From NCBI GenBank assembly GCA_032718475.1, contig JAUCBJ010002979.1, positions 1 to 64,000 on the forward strand: a DNA stretch of 64,000 nt, given 5' to 3'. This document shows, piece after piece, positions 1 through 13,600 of the stretch; position 1 is the stretch's first letter; each line of letters opens with the position of its first letter. The position numbers and the translations under genes were made by a program. The notes under the pieces were generated by a model, which saw nothing but the letters and a program-made list of their open reading frames with translations, did not search any database and was not told the DNA's origin. Source of the stretch: Nemertoderma westbladi. Its lineage: Eukaryota; Animalia; Xenacoelomorpha.

Positions 1-727
1 CTTCCACAGTAAACCCTTCCACTCTGTTTCCTAAAGGAATGCCTGTTCACCACCATGGGTGATCTTCCACAGTAAACCCTTCGACTCTGTTTCCTAAAGG
101 AATGCCTGTTCACCACCATGGTTGATCTTCCACAGTAAACTCTTCCACTATGTTTCCTAAAGGAATGCCTGTTCACCACCATGGGTGATCTTCCACAGTA
201 AACCCTTCCACTCTGTTTCCTAAAGGAATGCCTGTTCACCACCATGGGTGATCTTCCACAGTAAACCCTTCGACTCTGTTTCCTAAAGGAATGCCTGTTC
301 ACCACCATGGGTGATCTTCCACAGTAAACCCTTCGACTCTGTTTCCTAAAGGAATGCCTGTTCACCACCATGGGTGATCTTCCACAGTAAACCCTTCCAC
401 TCTGTTTCCTAAAGGAATGCCTGTTCACCACCATGGGTGATCTTCCACAGTAAACCCTTCCACTCTGTTTCCTAAAGGAATGCCTGTTCACCACCATGGG
501 TGATCTTCCACAGTAAACCCTTCGACTCTGTTTCCTAAAGGAATGCCTGTTCACCACCATGGGTGATCTTCCACAGTAAACCCTTCGACTCTGTTTCCCA
601 AAGGAATGCCTGTTCACCACCATGGGTGATCTTCCATAGTAAACTCTTCCACTCTGTTTCCTAAAGGAATGCCTGTTCATCACCATGGGTGATCTTCCAC
701 AGTAAACCCTTCCACACTGTTTCCCAA
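1..727. repeat. 63-bp minisatellite, about 11.5 copies, truncated by window start
   Basis: Unit CTTCCACAGTAAACCCTTCCACTCTGTTTCCTAAAGGAATGCCTGTTCACCACCATGGGTGAT repeated head to tail with few substitutions. Confidence 0.97.
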
Positions 728-3200
728 GTTGCTTTGTTTCGTATTTATAAACCAGTCAAGGATGAAAGCCAGGGTTGGGCTAGGCGAGGCTAATAACTAA
801 AAATAGTGAATAACTACAAATACTAACTGCGGAGGTTGCACACTACCAACGAATAACTTGAAACAAACTGAGTAGCTGATTAACTGACCAATTATATATA
901 TAATAATAATAAATAATAATTATAAAATAATATAATAAATTGTAATTCTAATTAAATCATAATTCATGTTAAAACGAAGCTAAAATATATCGCAGAAAGT
1001 AAATGAATTGTCTAATTAACCTGATCATTTCTGAAACGTATTTATATTATTATAAATTTATGGCTAGGGTTGAAATTATTTTGGTTACTTATCTAGATAC
1101 CCATTGATTATTATATCCTAGGCTTATTATTGTTAAATCAGTGGTGTATTATGTATCTGCCCGTCTACTGTACTTGTACCGTACTGTACTGTAGATAAGG
1201 GTGCTTTACCCTTTTTGCAGACTTAGGACTGTTGTTTTGAGGTCTGGTTTCGCACCGGATTGACAATGCTTTATAGCTTTTAATGAACACTTTATAAAAC
1301 TGCATCGCGTGTTGTTATATCTTATTGTAAAGTACGTTTCGATATCATGGGGAATAAAAACCTAATCGCCAGTAGTTGTTACTACTACTGCGGGAGCGGA
1401 AACCTGATGAAGCATTTGGAGGCGATGCGGTAGATCTTCCAGAGGATCTCGTGTAGGATGTACTCCTCACTGTATCACCAGGATTGCTTTCTAACTCAGA
1501 AACCTCTTGTCCTTCTGCTTCCTCCATTGTACTTCATTCGCATACCTGACAACTCATGGATATATGAGACTGCGACGCGTCGTGTAGAATGCCTTTGCGT
1601 TGTTATTATGAATATATGGATATTTACTTGTATTTAAAGAAGCACTTTTCTGTGACCTGAACCGAATAGTTTTGTTACGAGTGAATGCGAAGTAAGTGAA
1701 CCGAGTGTTTTGTTTTGTAAAGGTAGGAGGGGGGGGGGGGGGGGGGACTCAGAAAGCTATAAACTAATTTTAGAAATAAACGGTTTATAGTTATTCCAGA
1801 ATATATTATATTATTCCAGAGTTTAAACATTATGAAACGACTGCATATGAACAAGTGGTAACAACCCTTGGGGTAATTAGGCCTGTATTCCATTCTTACA
1901 GCGATTTGTAACCAATCATACCTTGATGTAATCTCCCGCTATTTTTCGAACCGTTCACAATTGTGTTATAACTACTCGATATCAGAATAATGACGAAGTT
2001 AATTAATGTTAAAAATACAGGTTGTGGGGGGGGGGGGCTTTTGACGCTATCAGAATGGGTTACTCTCCAGGCGAAAATCAACATAAATAACCTATTATTA
2101 CTTAATAATTCATATATATTTTTGATTTTATATTTGTCACATGTTTATTATCAACCAAGGTACCTTTCCGTTTGTTTTGGTAAAATATAATGAGATTTAA
2201 ATTAAGTTTCTGTTCCAGGTTGGTGCTCAAGTTATTTTTCGAATTTCTTTTTTAGTTCCCAAGTAATGAAAATAAATGTATATATTCTGGTCGTTTTTTT
2301 ATATACATCGAGCCCACTGGATGGCGATGCCTATAATTTTATTCTAACATTTATTGTAAATTGACTTTATTTACTCAACGTTGCTTTTCTCCGAGGAGAA
2401 AATCGCAGAGAACCGTAATGATTCCGCTTCAACGACCCCGAAAAAAGGTTGCGGAATGTGGTCTGACCGTGCGTCGACCAGCAGATGCACGTAGCGATTA
2501 GGTAGAAGCGTCGGTTGATCGGTAGATAACGTTAGGACTTTAGCGAACGCATTCCCGACGTTAGGACGGCCGACACACCTGCAACTCTTGTACCGCTTCT
2601 TATCGCCGTAGTAAATTATACTTTACTTAGTAGTGAGGCAGGTACCGGAATCACAAGTAGCCCTACTTGATGTAGGGTTATCTAAGGTTTCTGTTGCACA
2701 TCCATCGACATAGCTTCATTAACCTCAGAACGACCGCTACAACTTATCCCTCTTCTTTGTGCTCCACTCTACCCCAACTAATGGACTCTGAGAGCCCCCT
2801 CCCTTATCAGTCCCTTCTGCTTTTGTTTCAAACTCATTGATGTTCCTTATCAACAAAAACACCGCGGTTTGCCATGTAACGTCTCATTTTATTAGTTAAA
2901 AAATTCCCTCATATACTAGTCAGAATTGATGTAACTCTACATTGGGGTGTGAATTTTTTTATATTTTATTTAACCTCCACCTAAACAAATTTTATTATAA
3001 AAACGCAAACAAAAACCGCACTAAAGCAACTCTGATGGCGAAAACATGAGTAGAATTTGTAAAACATGAGTGATTATTTATCAAGAGAACATGGAGTTTG
3101 GAAATCTGGCCCAAAAGAGAGGGGGGGGGGGGGGGGGGGGGCTGAACGCAAATACCATCTCCGCGAATTAATATCTCGTCTCTATAAAATTCACGATTTA

Positions 3201-3445
3201 GGAAAGGGATCAGGTTACAGTGGCGCGTTATTTTAACTTAAACAATAAATTAAAATCCATAAAAACTATACGCCTGTGATCAATGATTCATCTGACAAAT
3301 CAGATTGATAAATCAGTTATGCGCTAATAAATAACCCAATTGACGCAAATAACAGATGATTACTCCCAAAAATAAAACTGTAACCTGTTGATTCTAGTAT
3401 ATAGTTTTGGTTATAATAACGTGCCACTGTAACCAGCTCCTTTCC
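3201..3445. mobile_element. Small MITE-like element, about 245 bp
   Basis: Imperfect terminal inverted repeats: GGAAAGGGATCAGGTTACAGTGGCGCGTTATT versus reverse complement GGAAAGGAGCTGGTTACAGTGGCACGTTATT. TSD unclear. Confidence 0.55.
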
Positions 3446-3655
3446 ATTAATAATTGATAATCTAACATTGAGACAGGATATAAATTCGCAGCTAATAAAT
3501 TGGTTTAATAGATTAGATAGACTTATATTTTTTCATCTAGGGTAGGAAGCTCTATTCCTTACGATTACCATCAACAATAGTTCATACTATTCCTCTATCT
3601 CTGTCTTTACAATTATTTACAATCGTAGTTTTTGGATTAATATTTTCGCCTTTAG

Positions 3656-3824
3656 AACGAACGTCTCCAGGACGAACAGAATTACCATATAGGGGAGCTG
3701 TTGAAGCAAGCCAAGGCTAACGAGAAGAAGCTGGAAGATCTCGAGATATGCGACAAGGATAAAGTAAACGAAGCCCTCCTAGACAAATGGAATGCAGAAA
3801 GACAAGAGCGACGGGAACTGGACG
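3656..3824 (+). CDS. CCDC83: CCDC83-like coiled-coil protein, exon a (first exon found in window)
   Basis: tttag|AAC...GAC G|gtaagt; encodes NERLQDEQNYHIGELLKQAK...VNEALLDKWNAERQERRELD, resembling recalled CCDC83 NSRLKEEQIWHIRHLLK...EEAMKEKWKFER. No upstream start exon identified. Confidence 0.85.
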
Positions 3825-4445
3825 GTAAGTTTGTACTGTATATATGTAGTGGATTAGTGATAATGATATTTTAGTATACGCGTTCTGTTAAATTTAACCT
3901 TTTCTATTAAGATCAAACTGAAACATTAAATTACTTCCTTGGTTTTTCTAATTTCTAAAATTATTCTGCTTTCTAATCTGTTTGCTGTTCTAACTTTTTA
4001 CCGTGAAATACTCTGAGACTAGTGTTACAGTTACTTGTCAAATTAAATCGAGATTGTTTCCACAGTTGACTTACTGAGATATTGTTCATGACCCTGGCCT
4101 GACTTATTACTAGGCGTTAATCAATTTTAATGAGAGTATGAGTACTTTCAACAAGGATTACTTCGTTTAATTATCGCTCGAAGTTCCAATTCAAAAGCGT
4201 TCAATCCAGCTAATAACATATTGTGCCACACGACGGCATTATAGAACATTTTAGAAGACTGCATTACTCGTCTCTATTACAACCCTCGCTACTACTCTCA
4301 GATTATAAAACGATTTGTACTGTTATCTTATAAAGATTATATTTGCGGCGACCTTTCATCCCAATTCAGACTCTCGTGGTTCGGATTAACTCATCCGATC
4401 AGATTATTGTTTTCTCCGATCGAACTTTGCTGATTTACGTTGCAG

Positions 4446-4613
4446 ATTTAAAGTTAACAATCGAGAGATGCGATTATACGATATCGGAGAACCGGAAAAT
4501 CGTGTCTCATTGGGAAGAGTTCCGGGAAATCGGACAACATCAGCACAACAATCAGATCAAGCTACTGGAGAAAGAATTGGAAGATATGAAGGAAACATTT
4601 GATGAGATGACAC
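4446..4613 (+). CDS. CCDC83: CCDC83-like, exon b
   Basis: ttgcag|AT TTA...ACA C|gttagt; 168 bp, phase 1-1; HWEEFREIGQHQHNNQIKLLEKELEDMKETFDEMT resembles CCDC83 YWEEYKNVGSERHAKLI. Confidence 0.88.
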
Positions 4614-7600
4614 GTTAGTAGGACATCATGCTTATAATGATGACACGTTAGTAGGACATCATGCTTATAATAATACATCATGCTTATAATACTGGCACGT
4701 TAGTAGGACATCATGCTTATAATACTGGCACGTTAGTAGGACATCATGCTTATAATACTGGCACGTTAGTAGGACATCATGCTTATAATAATGGCACGTT
4801 AGTAGGATATCATGCTTATAATAATGGCACGTTAGTAGGATATCATGCTTATAATAATGGCACGTTAGTAGGACATCATGCTTATAATAATGGCACGTTA
4901 GTAGGACATCATGCTTATAATAATGGCACGTTAGTAGGACATCATGCTTATAATAATGGCACGTTAGTAGGACATCATGCTTATAATACTGGCACGTTAG
5001 TAGGACATCATGCTTATAATACTGGCACGTTAGTAGGACATCATGCTTATAATAATGGCACGTTAGTAGGACATCATGCTTATAATACTGGCACGTTAGT
5101 AGGACATCATGCTTATAATACTGGCACGTTAGTAGGACATCATGCTTATAATAATGGCACGTTAGTAGGATATCATGCTTATAATAATGGCACGTTAGTA
5201 GGATATCATGCTTATAATAATGGCACGTTAGTAGGACATCATGCTTATAATAATGGCACGTTAGTAGGACATCATGCTTATAATAATGGCACGTTAGTAG
5301 GACATCATGCTTATAATGATGACACGTTAGTAGGACATCATGCTTATAATACTGGCACGTTAGTAGGACATCATGCTTATAATAATGGCACGTTAGTAGG
5401 ACATCATGCTTATAATAATGGCACGTTAGTAGGATATCATGCTTATAATAATGGCACGTTAGTAGGACATCATGCTTATAATAATGGCACGTTAGTAGGA
5501 TATCATGCTTATAATAATGGCACGTTAGTAGGACATCATGCTTATAATAATGGCACGTTAGTAGGATATCATGCTTATAATAATGGCACGTTAGTAGGAC
5601 ATCATGCTTATAATAATGGCACGTTAGTAGGACATCATGCTTATAATAATGGCACGTTAGTAGGACATCATGCTTATAATAATGGCACGTTAGTAGGACA
5701 TCATGCTTATAATAATGGCACGTTAGTAGGACATCATGCTTATAATAATGGCACGTTAGTAGGATATCATGCTTATAATAATGGCACGTTAGTAGGACAT
5801 CATGCTTATAATAATGGCACGTTAGTAGGACATCATGCTTATAATAATGGCACGTTAGTAGGACATCATGCTTATAATAATGGCACGTTAGTAGGACATC
5901 ATGCTTATAATACTGGCACGTTAGTAGGACATCATGCTTATAATACTGGCACGTTAGTAGGACATCATGCTTATAATAATGGCACGTTAGTAGGACATCA
6001 TGCTTATAATAATGGCACGTTAGTAGGATATCATGCTTATAATAATGGCACGTTAGTAGGACATCATGCTTATAATAATGGCACGTTAGTAGGACATCAT
6101 GCTTATAATAATGGCACGTTAGTAGAACATCATGCTTATAATAATGGCACGTTAGTAGGAGGGACATGCTTATAATAATGGCACGTTAGTAGGACATCAT
6201 GCTTATAATAATGGCACGTTAGTAGGACATCATGCTTATAATAATGGCACGTTAGTAGGACATCATGCTTATAATACTGGCACGTTAGTAGGACATCATG
6301 CTTATAATACTGGCACGTTAGTAGGACATCATGCTTATAATAATGGCACGTTAGTAGGACATCATGCTTATAATAATGGCACGTTAGTAGGATATCATGC
6401 TTATAATAATGGCACGTTAGTAGGACATCATGCTTATAATAATGGCACGTTAGTAGGACATCATGCTTATAATAATGGCACGTTAGTAGGACATCATGCT
6501 TATAATAATGGCACGTTAGTAGGACATCATGCTTATAATAATGGCACGTTAGTAGGACATCATGCTTATAATAATGGCACGTTAGTAGGACATCATGCTT
6601 ATAATAATGGCACGTTAGTAGGACATCATGCTTATAATAATGGCACGTTAGTAGGACATCATGCTTATAATAATGGCACGTTAGTAGGACATCATGCTTA
6701 TAATGATGACACGTTAGTAGGACATCATGCTTATAATACTGGCACGTTAGTAGGACATCATGCTTATAATAATGGCACGTTAGTAGGACATCATGCTTAT
6801 AATAATGGCACGTTAGTAGGATATCATGCTTATAATAATGGCACGTTAGTAGGACATCATGCTTATAATAATGGCACGTTAGTAGGATATCATGCTTATA
6901 ATAATGGCACGTTAGTAGGACATCATGCTTATAATAATGGCACGTTAGTAGGATATCATGCTTATAATAATGGCACGTTAGTAGGACATCATGCTTATAA
7001 TAATGGCACGTTAGTAGGACATCATGCTTATAATAATGGCACGTTAGTAGGACATCATGCTTATAATAATGGCACGTTAGTAGGACATCATGCTTATAAT
7101 AATGGCACGTTAGTAGGACATCATGCTTATAATAATGGCACGTTAGTAGGATATCATGCTTATAATAATGGCACGTTAGTAGGACATCATGCTTATAATA
7201 ATGGCACGTTAGTAGGACATCATGCTTATAATAATGGCACGTTAGTAGGACATCATGCTTATAATAATGGCACGTTAGTAGGACATCATGCTTATAATAC
7301 TGGCACGTTAGTAGGACATCATGCTTATAATACTGGCACGTTAGTAGGACATCATGCTTATAATAATGGCACGTTAGTAGGACATCATGCTTATAATAAT
7401 GGCACGTTAGTAGGATATCATGCTTATAATAATGGCACGTTAGTAGGACATCATGCTTATAATAATGGCACGTTAGTAGGACATCATGCTTATAATAATG
7501 GCACGTTAGTAGAACATCATGCTTATAATAATGGCACGTTAGTAGGAGGGACATGCTTATAATAATGGCACGTTAGTAGGACATCATGCTTATAATAATG

Positions 7601-8231
7601 GCACGTTAGTAGGACATCATGCTTATAATAATGGCACGTTAGTAGGACATCATGCTTATAATACTGGCACGTTAGTAGGACATCATGCTTATAATACTGG
7701 CACGTTAGTAGGACATCATGCTTATAATAATGGCACGTTAGTAGGACATCATGCTTATAATAATGGCACGTTAGTAGGATATCATGCTTATAATAATGGC
7801 ACGTTAGTAGGACATCATGCTTATAATAATGGCACGTTAGTAGGACATCATGCTTATAATAATGGCACGTTAGTAGGACATCATGCTTATAATAATGGCA
7901 CGTTAGTAGGACATCATGCTTATAATAATGGCACGTTAGTAGGACATCATGCTTATAATAATGGCACGTTAGTAGGACATCATGCTTATAATAATGGCAC
8001 GTTAGTAGGACATCATGCTTATAATAATGGCACGTTAGTAGGACATCATGCTTATAATAATGGCACGTTAGTAGGACATAATGCTTATAATAATGGCACG
8101 TTAGTAGGACATCATGCTTATAATAATGGCACGTTAGTAGGACATCATGCTTATAATAATGGCACGTTAGTAGGACATCATGCTTATAATAATGGCACGT
8201 TAGTAGGAAGGACATGCTTATAATAATTACA
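4606..8231 (+). repeat. 33-bp minisatellite, about 109 copies, starting at the exon b splice donor
   Basis: Unit GTTAGTAGGACATCATGCTTATAATAATGGCAC. A variant marker (GTAGAAC...GGAGGGACATG) recurs near 6125 and 7512, indicating an approximately 1387-bp higher-order duplication. Confidence 0.97.
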
Positions 8232-8295
8232 CAATATTATCTAAGATTAATCAATTTTGCTAATGGATGCAATTTCACAATCATCCGTCTATGTA

Positions 8296-9077
8296 CCGGG
8301 TGTTCCATAATGATTGCCCCCCCCCCCCCCCTGGCCAGCCAAAACTGCCAGACATGCACCTTAGTGTAATATATCAAAAGATAATTTAATTCTGAGCTTG
8401 CATGCAAAAATTTAGGGTCCATTACAAAAGTATAAAAATGTTATATGCTATTCTTTAAACCTATCTTAATAAACCTATCTTACTTTTCAATATTTGTGAT
8501 TTAATCACAATTAAAAAAAATATAATTTATCCAGCGTTAGTCATCAGATTTGCAACCCTGTTTAAACAGTTATTACTGCTTGAATTTTGCTGTATTGCAA
8601 TATATTACAGTATTCAGTTACCGGTATTAGTGTTTCTTTGGTAATTTTACTGAATTAGGCTAACTTCGATGACTCTGAAGAAAAACGTATGGTTGACAGG
8701 ATCAGAGATGTTACTTTTAGAGAGGGTCGTGATTCTGTGGCATAATCAAAACTGAACTCAAACCAAAACGGCCCTTTTAAGGGCCAACACCCATTGCCAC
8801 TATCGAGGAGCTCCCCGTGCTGCAAAGGGGAAACATGGCTGTAAAGCTGATGACTAACGCTGGATAAATTATATTTTTTTAATTGTGATTAAATTAAAAT
8901 AGGTTTATTAAGATAGGTTTAAAGAATAGCCTATAAAATTGTTATACTTTTGTAATGGACCCTAAATTTTTGCATGCAAGCTCAGAATTAAATTATCTTT
9001 CGAATTGTATATTACACTAAGGTGCATGTCTGGGCTGGCCAGGGGGGGGGGGGGGGCAATCATTATGGAACACCCGG
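8296..9077. mobile_element. Tc1/mariner-type MITE with long TIRs
   Basis: TA|CCGGGTGTTCCATAATGATTGCCCC ... GGGGCAATCATTATGGAACACCCGG|TA; about 250-bp imperfect inverted arms, TA target duplication, no ORF. Confidence 0.88.
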
Positions 9078-9116
9078 TATATAATATAAGATTCTGTTCT
9101 TTTTACTGTCCATTAG

Positions 9117-9208
9117 GTTTCATGGAGAAGTTATTGGCATCAAGCAAAGAAGAAATTCTGGAGAGAACAAAGCAGCTTCTTGATAACATCAAGGATAATG
9201 CCGCAGTG
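9117..9208 (+). CDS. CCDC83: CCDC83-like, exon c
   Basis: cattag|GT TTC ATG...GCA GTG|gtgggt; phase 1 matches exon b (C|GT = Arg); FMEKLLASSKEEILERTKQLLDNIKDNAAV. Confidence 0.87.
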
Positions 9209-9477
9209 GTGGGTTTATTTATTGTAATAGTTTGGGTACTAATGTAAGTAGGCGAACCAAGAATTCAAGCAAAGCTTCAGGGTACTGTCACAATTATAGC
9301 CGCTGCTTTGTGTTGGTCCAACATTAACATGGACAACCGCTTCCTCTCTGTTAATTTGAAGGATAACAAGAAATTTTACTTTCTATAAAATGCATTAATT
9401 TGTCTGCAAATTCCGTCAAAAAATTGACTTACAATATAAATAATAACAAAAATGTCACTTTCCGCTTTTCCTCCTAG

Positions 9478-9668
9478 AAAGCATCTGGTACCCTCGACCT
9501 CAGGGACAAAGAAGAAATGGTTGACTTTGATTGGTTGAAAAAGGAAGCCAAAGTTCACGTCGAATCATACGGAGATAAACTTTGTGAGGTGGAGGAATTG
9601 GAGCGAGGAAACCTACAACTTATGAGCGAGCTGTTTGACTGTCGCATCGAAGATTTAAAAATATCAAA
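9478..9668 (+). CDS. CCDC83: CCDC83-like, exon d
   Basis: cctag|AAA...TCA AA|gtaaga; DWLKKEAKVH...LERGNLQLMSELFDCRIEDLKIS resembles CCDC83 NDWLKKEIAIH...[23 protein letters not shown]. Confidence 0.9.
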
Positions 9669-10492
9669 GTAAGACTACGATTAGTAAGATGGAAGGACGG
9701 TAGAGTGTAGCGACAATTTGTTTCCATTGGTGTTTTATATAGGACTGTCACTGTCACTGTGTGTTCCCTTTACTTGTATTTTATCGAATAATCGTTTTTT
9801 TTATTTATTTTTTGTGTTTTCTGATTTGAATCATATCGCTCGTAGATTATTAGGAAGAGGGACACTGTGGGAAAATTTCCCTAAATTCGGGAGAAAAGAG
9901 GGTATATACATTTTCCTTGGGGTAAAAAGTAACCCATAGGATTGCAGAGAATTAAATTTTTTACCAGAAAGTAAAATAAAATATTTTTGTGGAATTTCTT
10001 AAATTTTATTACATGTGTTGAAAGAGCATCGAAGTAGAAAAGGTTTACCCGTAATTTGAGCAAAATCCATTTACACACTGAAAAGTTATTGCAACTTTAG
10101 TGTCTGTAAGGCGAACTCCAAAACGGAACTCAATATCCAATATTGTTTTATGTTGTTAAGCGGCTCTCTAGTTACGTAATAAATATTCGAGAACACTAAA
10201 TTATTTAAACATTGAGTAAAGCAGCATCAGGAGTTGAAGAGTAAAGTAATTTGAATCGCAGTAACTATGGAAGCAATAATACTGCAGTTCAATTTATTTT
10301 GTAACACTACATCGCTGTACGTTTTATTAAAGAATTGAGCTACAAAAAAGTACCAATTTGAGAATAAATTGACGTATTACATGGAAAAAAAACACGTATA
10401 ACTTTTTTCCCTATTCTCTCTACCCTTTACTTTTTTCCAATGTAATTATGTTGTGGTGAAATATTTTTGCAACCCAAATTCTTAACTTTCAG

Positions 10493-10625
10493 GAACTTTC
10501 TACTCACACAAATGGACGATGCATTCACCGAAGATCCAGGGTTGTTAGAGAAAGATTTATCTGCTATTGATTTTGACGTAACCAGAAAGGATACGGCCTA
10601 CAGGGGGGCTGTGGGAGGCATCGAG
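10493..10625 (+). CDS. CCDC83: CCDC83-like, exon e
   Basis: tttcag|G AAC TTT CTA CTC ACA CAA...ATC GAG|gtaggt; phase 2 in, phase 0 out; NFLLTQ resembles CCDC83 RLYLTQ. The last 40 nt belong to the first minisatellite unit. Confidence 0.82.
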
Positions 10626-13600
10626 GTAGGTCGGGGAAGGATACGGCCTACAGGGGGCTGTGGGAGGCATCGAGGTAGGTCGGGAAAGGATACGGCCTAC
10701 AGGAGGCTGTGGGAGGCATCGAGGTAGGCTGGGAAAGGATACGGCCTACAGGGGGGCTGTGGGGGGCATCGAGGTAGGTCGGGAAATGATACGGCCTACA
10801 GGGGGGCTGTGGGAGGCATCGAGGTAGGTCGGGAAAAGATACGGCCTACAGTAGGGCTGTGGGAGGCATCGATGTAGGTGGGGAGAGGATACGGCCTACA
10901 GTGGGGATGTGTGAGGCATCGAGGTAGGTCGGGAAAGGATACGGACTACAGGGGGGCTGTGGGAGGTATCGAGGTAGGTCGAGAAATGATACGGCCTACA
11001 GGGGGGCTGTGGGAGGCATCGAGGTAGGTCGGGAAAAGATACGGCCTACAGTAGGGCTGTGGGAGGCATCGATGTAGGTGGGGAGAGGATACGGCCTACA
11101 GTGGGGATGTGGGAGGCATCGAGGTAGGTCGGGAAAGGATACGGCCTACAGGGGGCTGTCGGAGGCATTGATGTAGGTGGGGAAAGGATACGGCCTACAG
11201 GGGGGCTGTGGGGGGCATCGAGGTAGGTCGGGAAAGTATACGGCCTACAGGGGGGCTGTGGGAGGCATCGATGTAGGTCGGGAAAGGATACGGCCTACAG
11301 GGGGCTCTGGGAAGCATCGAGGTAGGTGGGGAAAGGATACGGACTACAGGGGGGCTGTGGGAGGTATCGAGGTAGGTCGGGATAGGATACGGCCTACAGG
11401 GGGCTGTGGGAGGCATCGAGGTAGGTCGGGAAAGGATACGGACTACAGGGGGGCTGTGGGAGGTATCGAGGTAGGTGGGGAAATGATACGGCCTCAGGGG
11501 GCTGTGGGAGGCATCGAGGTAGGCTGGGAAAGGATACGGCCTACAGGGGGGCTGTGGGGGGCATCGATGTAGGTGGGGAGAGGATACGGCCTACAGTGGG
11601 GATGTGGGAGGCATCGAGGTAGGTCGGGAAAGGATACGGCCTACAGGGGGGTTGTGGGAGGCATTGATGTAGGTGGGGAAAGGATACGGCCTACAGGGGG
11701 GCTGTGGGGGGCATCGAGGTAGGTCGGGAAAGTATACGGCCTACAGGGGGGCTGTGGGAGGCATCGATGTAGGTCGGGAAAGGATACGGCCTACAGGGGT
11801 CTCTGGGAAGCATCGAGGTAGGTGGGGAAAGGATACGGACTACAGGGGGGCTGTGGGAGGTATCGAGGTAGGTCGGGAAAGGATACGGCCTACAGGGGGC
11901 TGTGGGAGGCATCGAGGTAGGTCGGGAAAGGATACGGACTACAGGGGGGCTGTGGGAGGTATCGAGGTACGTGGGGAAAGGATACGGCCTCAGGGGGCTG
12001 TGGGAGGCATCGAGGTAGGTCGGGAAAGGATACGGCCTACAGGGGGCTGTGGGAGGCATCGAAAGGATACGGACTACAGGGGGGCTGTGGGAGGTATCGA
12101 GGTAGGTGGGGAAAGGATACGGCCTACAGGGGGCTGTGGGAGGCACCGAGGTAGGTCGTGAAAGGATACGGACTACAGGGGGGCTGTGGGAGGTATCGAG
12201 GTAGGTAGGGAAAGGATACGGCCTACAGGGGGCTGTGGGAGGCATCGAGGTAGGTCGGGAAAGGATACGGCCTACAGGGGGCTGTGGGAGGCATCGAAAG
12301 GATACGGACTACAGGGGGGCTGTGGGAGGTATCGAGGTAGGTCGGGAAATGATACGGCCTACAGGGGGGCTGTGGGAGGCATCGAGGTAGGTCGGGAAAA
12401 GATACGGCCTACAGTGGGGCTGTGGGAGGTATCGAGGTAGGTCGGGAAAGGATACGGCCTACAGGGGGGCTGTGGGAGGTATCGAGGTAGGTGGGGAAAG
12501 GATACGGCCTACAGGGGGGTTGTGGGAGGCATTGATGTAGGTGGGGAAAGGATACGGCCTACAGGGGGGCTGTGGGGGCATCGAGGTAGGTCGGGAAAGG
12601 ATACGGCCTACAGGGGGGTTGTGGGAGGCATTGATGTAGGTGGGGAAAGGATACGGCCTACAGGGGGGCTGTGGGGGCATCGAGGTAGGTCGGGAAAGTA
12701 TACGGCCTACAGGGGGGCTGTGGGAGGCATCGATGTAGGTCGGGAAAGGATACGGCCTACAGGGGGCTGTCGGAGGCATTGATGTAGGTGGGGAAAGGAT
12801 ACGGCCTACAGGGGGGCTGTGGGGGGCATCGAGGTAGGTCGGGAAAGTATACGGCCTACAGGGGGGCTGTGGGAGGCATCGATGTAGGTCGGGAAAGGAT
12901 ACGGCCTACAGGGGGCTCTGGGAAGCATCGAGGTAGGTGGGGAAAGGATACGGACTACAGGGGGGCTGTGGGAGGTATCGAGGTAGGTCGGGATAGGATA
13001 CGGCCTACAGGGGGCTGTGGGAGGCATCGAGGTAGGTCGGGAAAGGATACGGACTACAGGGGGGCTGTGGGAGGTATCGAGGTAGGTGGGGAAAGGATAC
13101 GGCCTCAGGGGGCTGTGGGAGGCATCGAGGTAGGCTGGGAAAGGATACGGCCTACAGGGGGGCTGTGGGGGGCATCGATGTAGGTGGGGAGAGGATACGG
13201 CCTACAGTGGGGATGTGGGAGGCATCGAGGTAGGTCGGGAAAGGATACGGCCTACAGGGGGGTTGTGGGAGGCATTGATGTAGGTGGGGAAAGGATACGG
13301 CCTACAGGGGGGCTGTGGGGGGCATCGAGGTAGGTCGGGAAAGTATACGGCCTACAGGGGGGCTGTGGGAGGCATCGATGTAGGTCGGGAAAGGATACGG
13401 CCTACAGGGGTCTCTGGGAAGCATCGAGGTAGGTGGGGAAAGGATACGGACTACAGGGGGGCTGTGGGAGGTATCGAGGTAGGTCGGGAAAGGATACGGC
13501 CTACAGGGGGCTGTGGGAGGCATCGAGGTAGGTCGGGAAAGGATACGGACTACAGGGGGGCTGTGGGAGGTATCGAGGTACGTGGGGAAAGGATACGGCC

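Noticed and set aside
1345-1527. 60-aa minus-strand ORF MEEAEGQEV...
   Set aside because: Could be a first exon, but has no recognisable homology or confident donor; not called.
4661-8215. Long His/Asn-rich (+) and Cys/His/Tyr-rich (-) ORFs of 230-504 aa
   Set aside because: Products of a 33-bp (3n) tandem repeat open on both strands, out of frame with CCDC83 and inside a phase-consistent intron.
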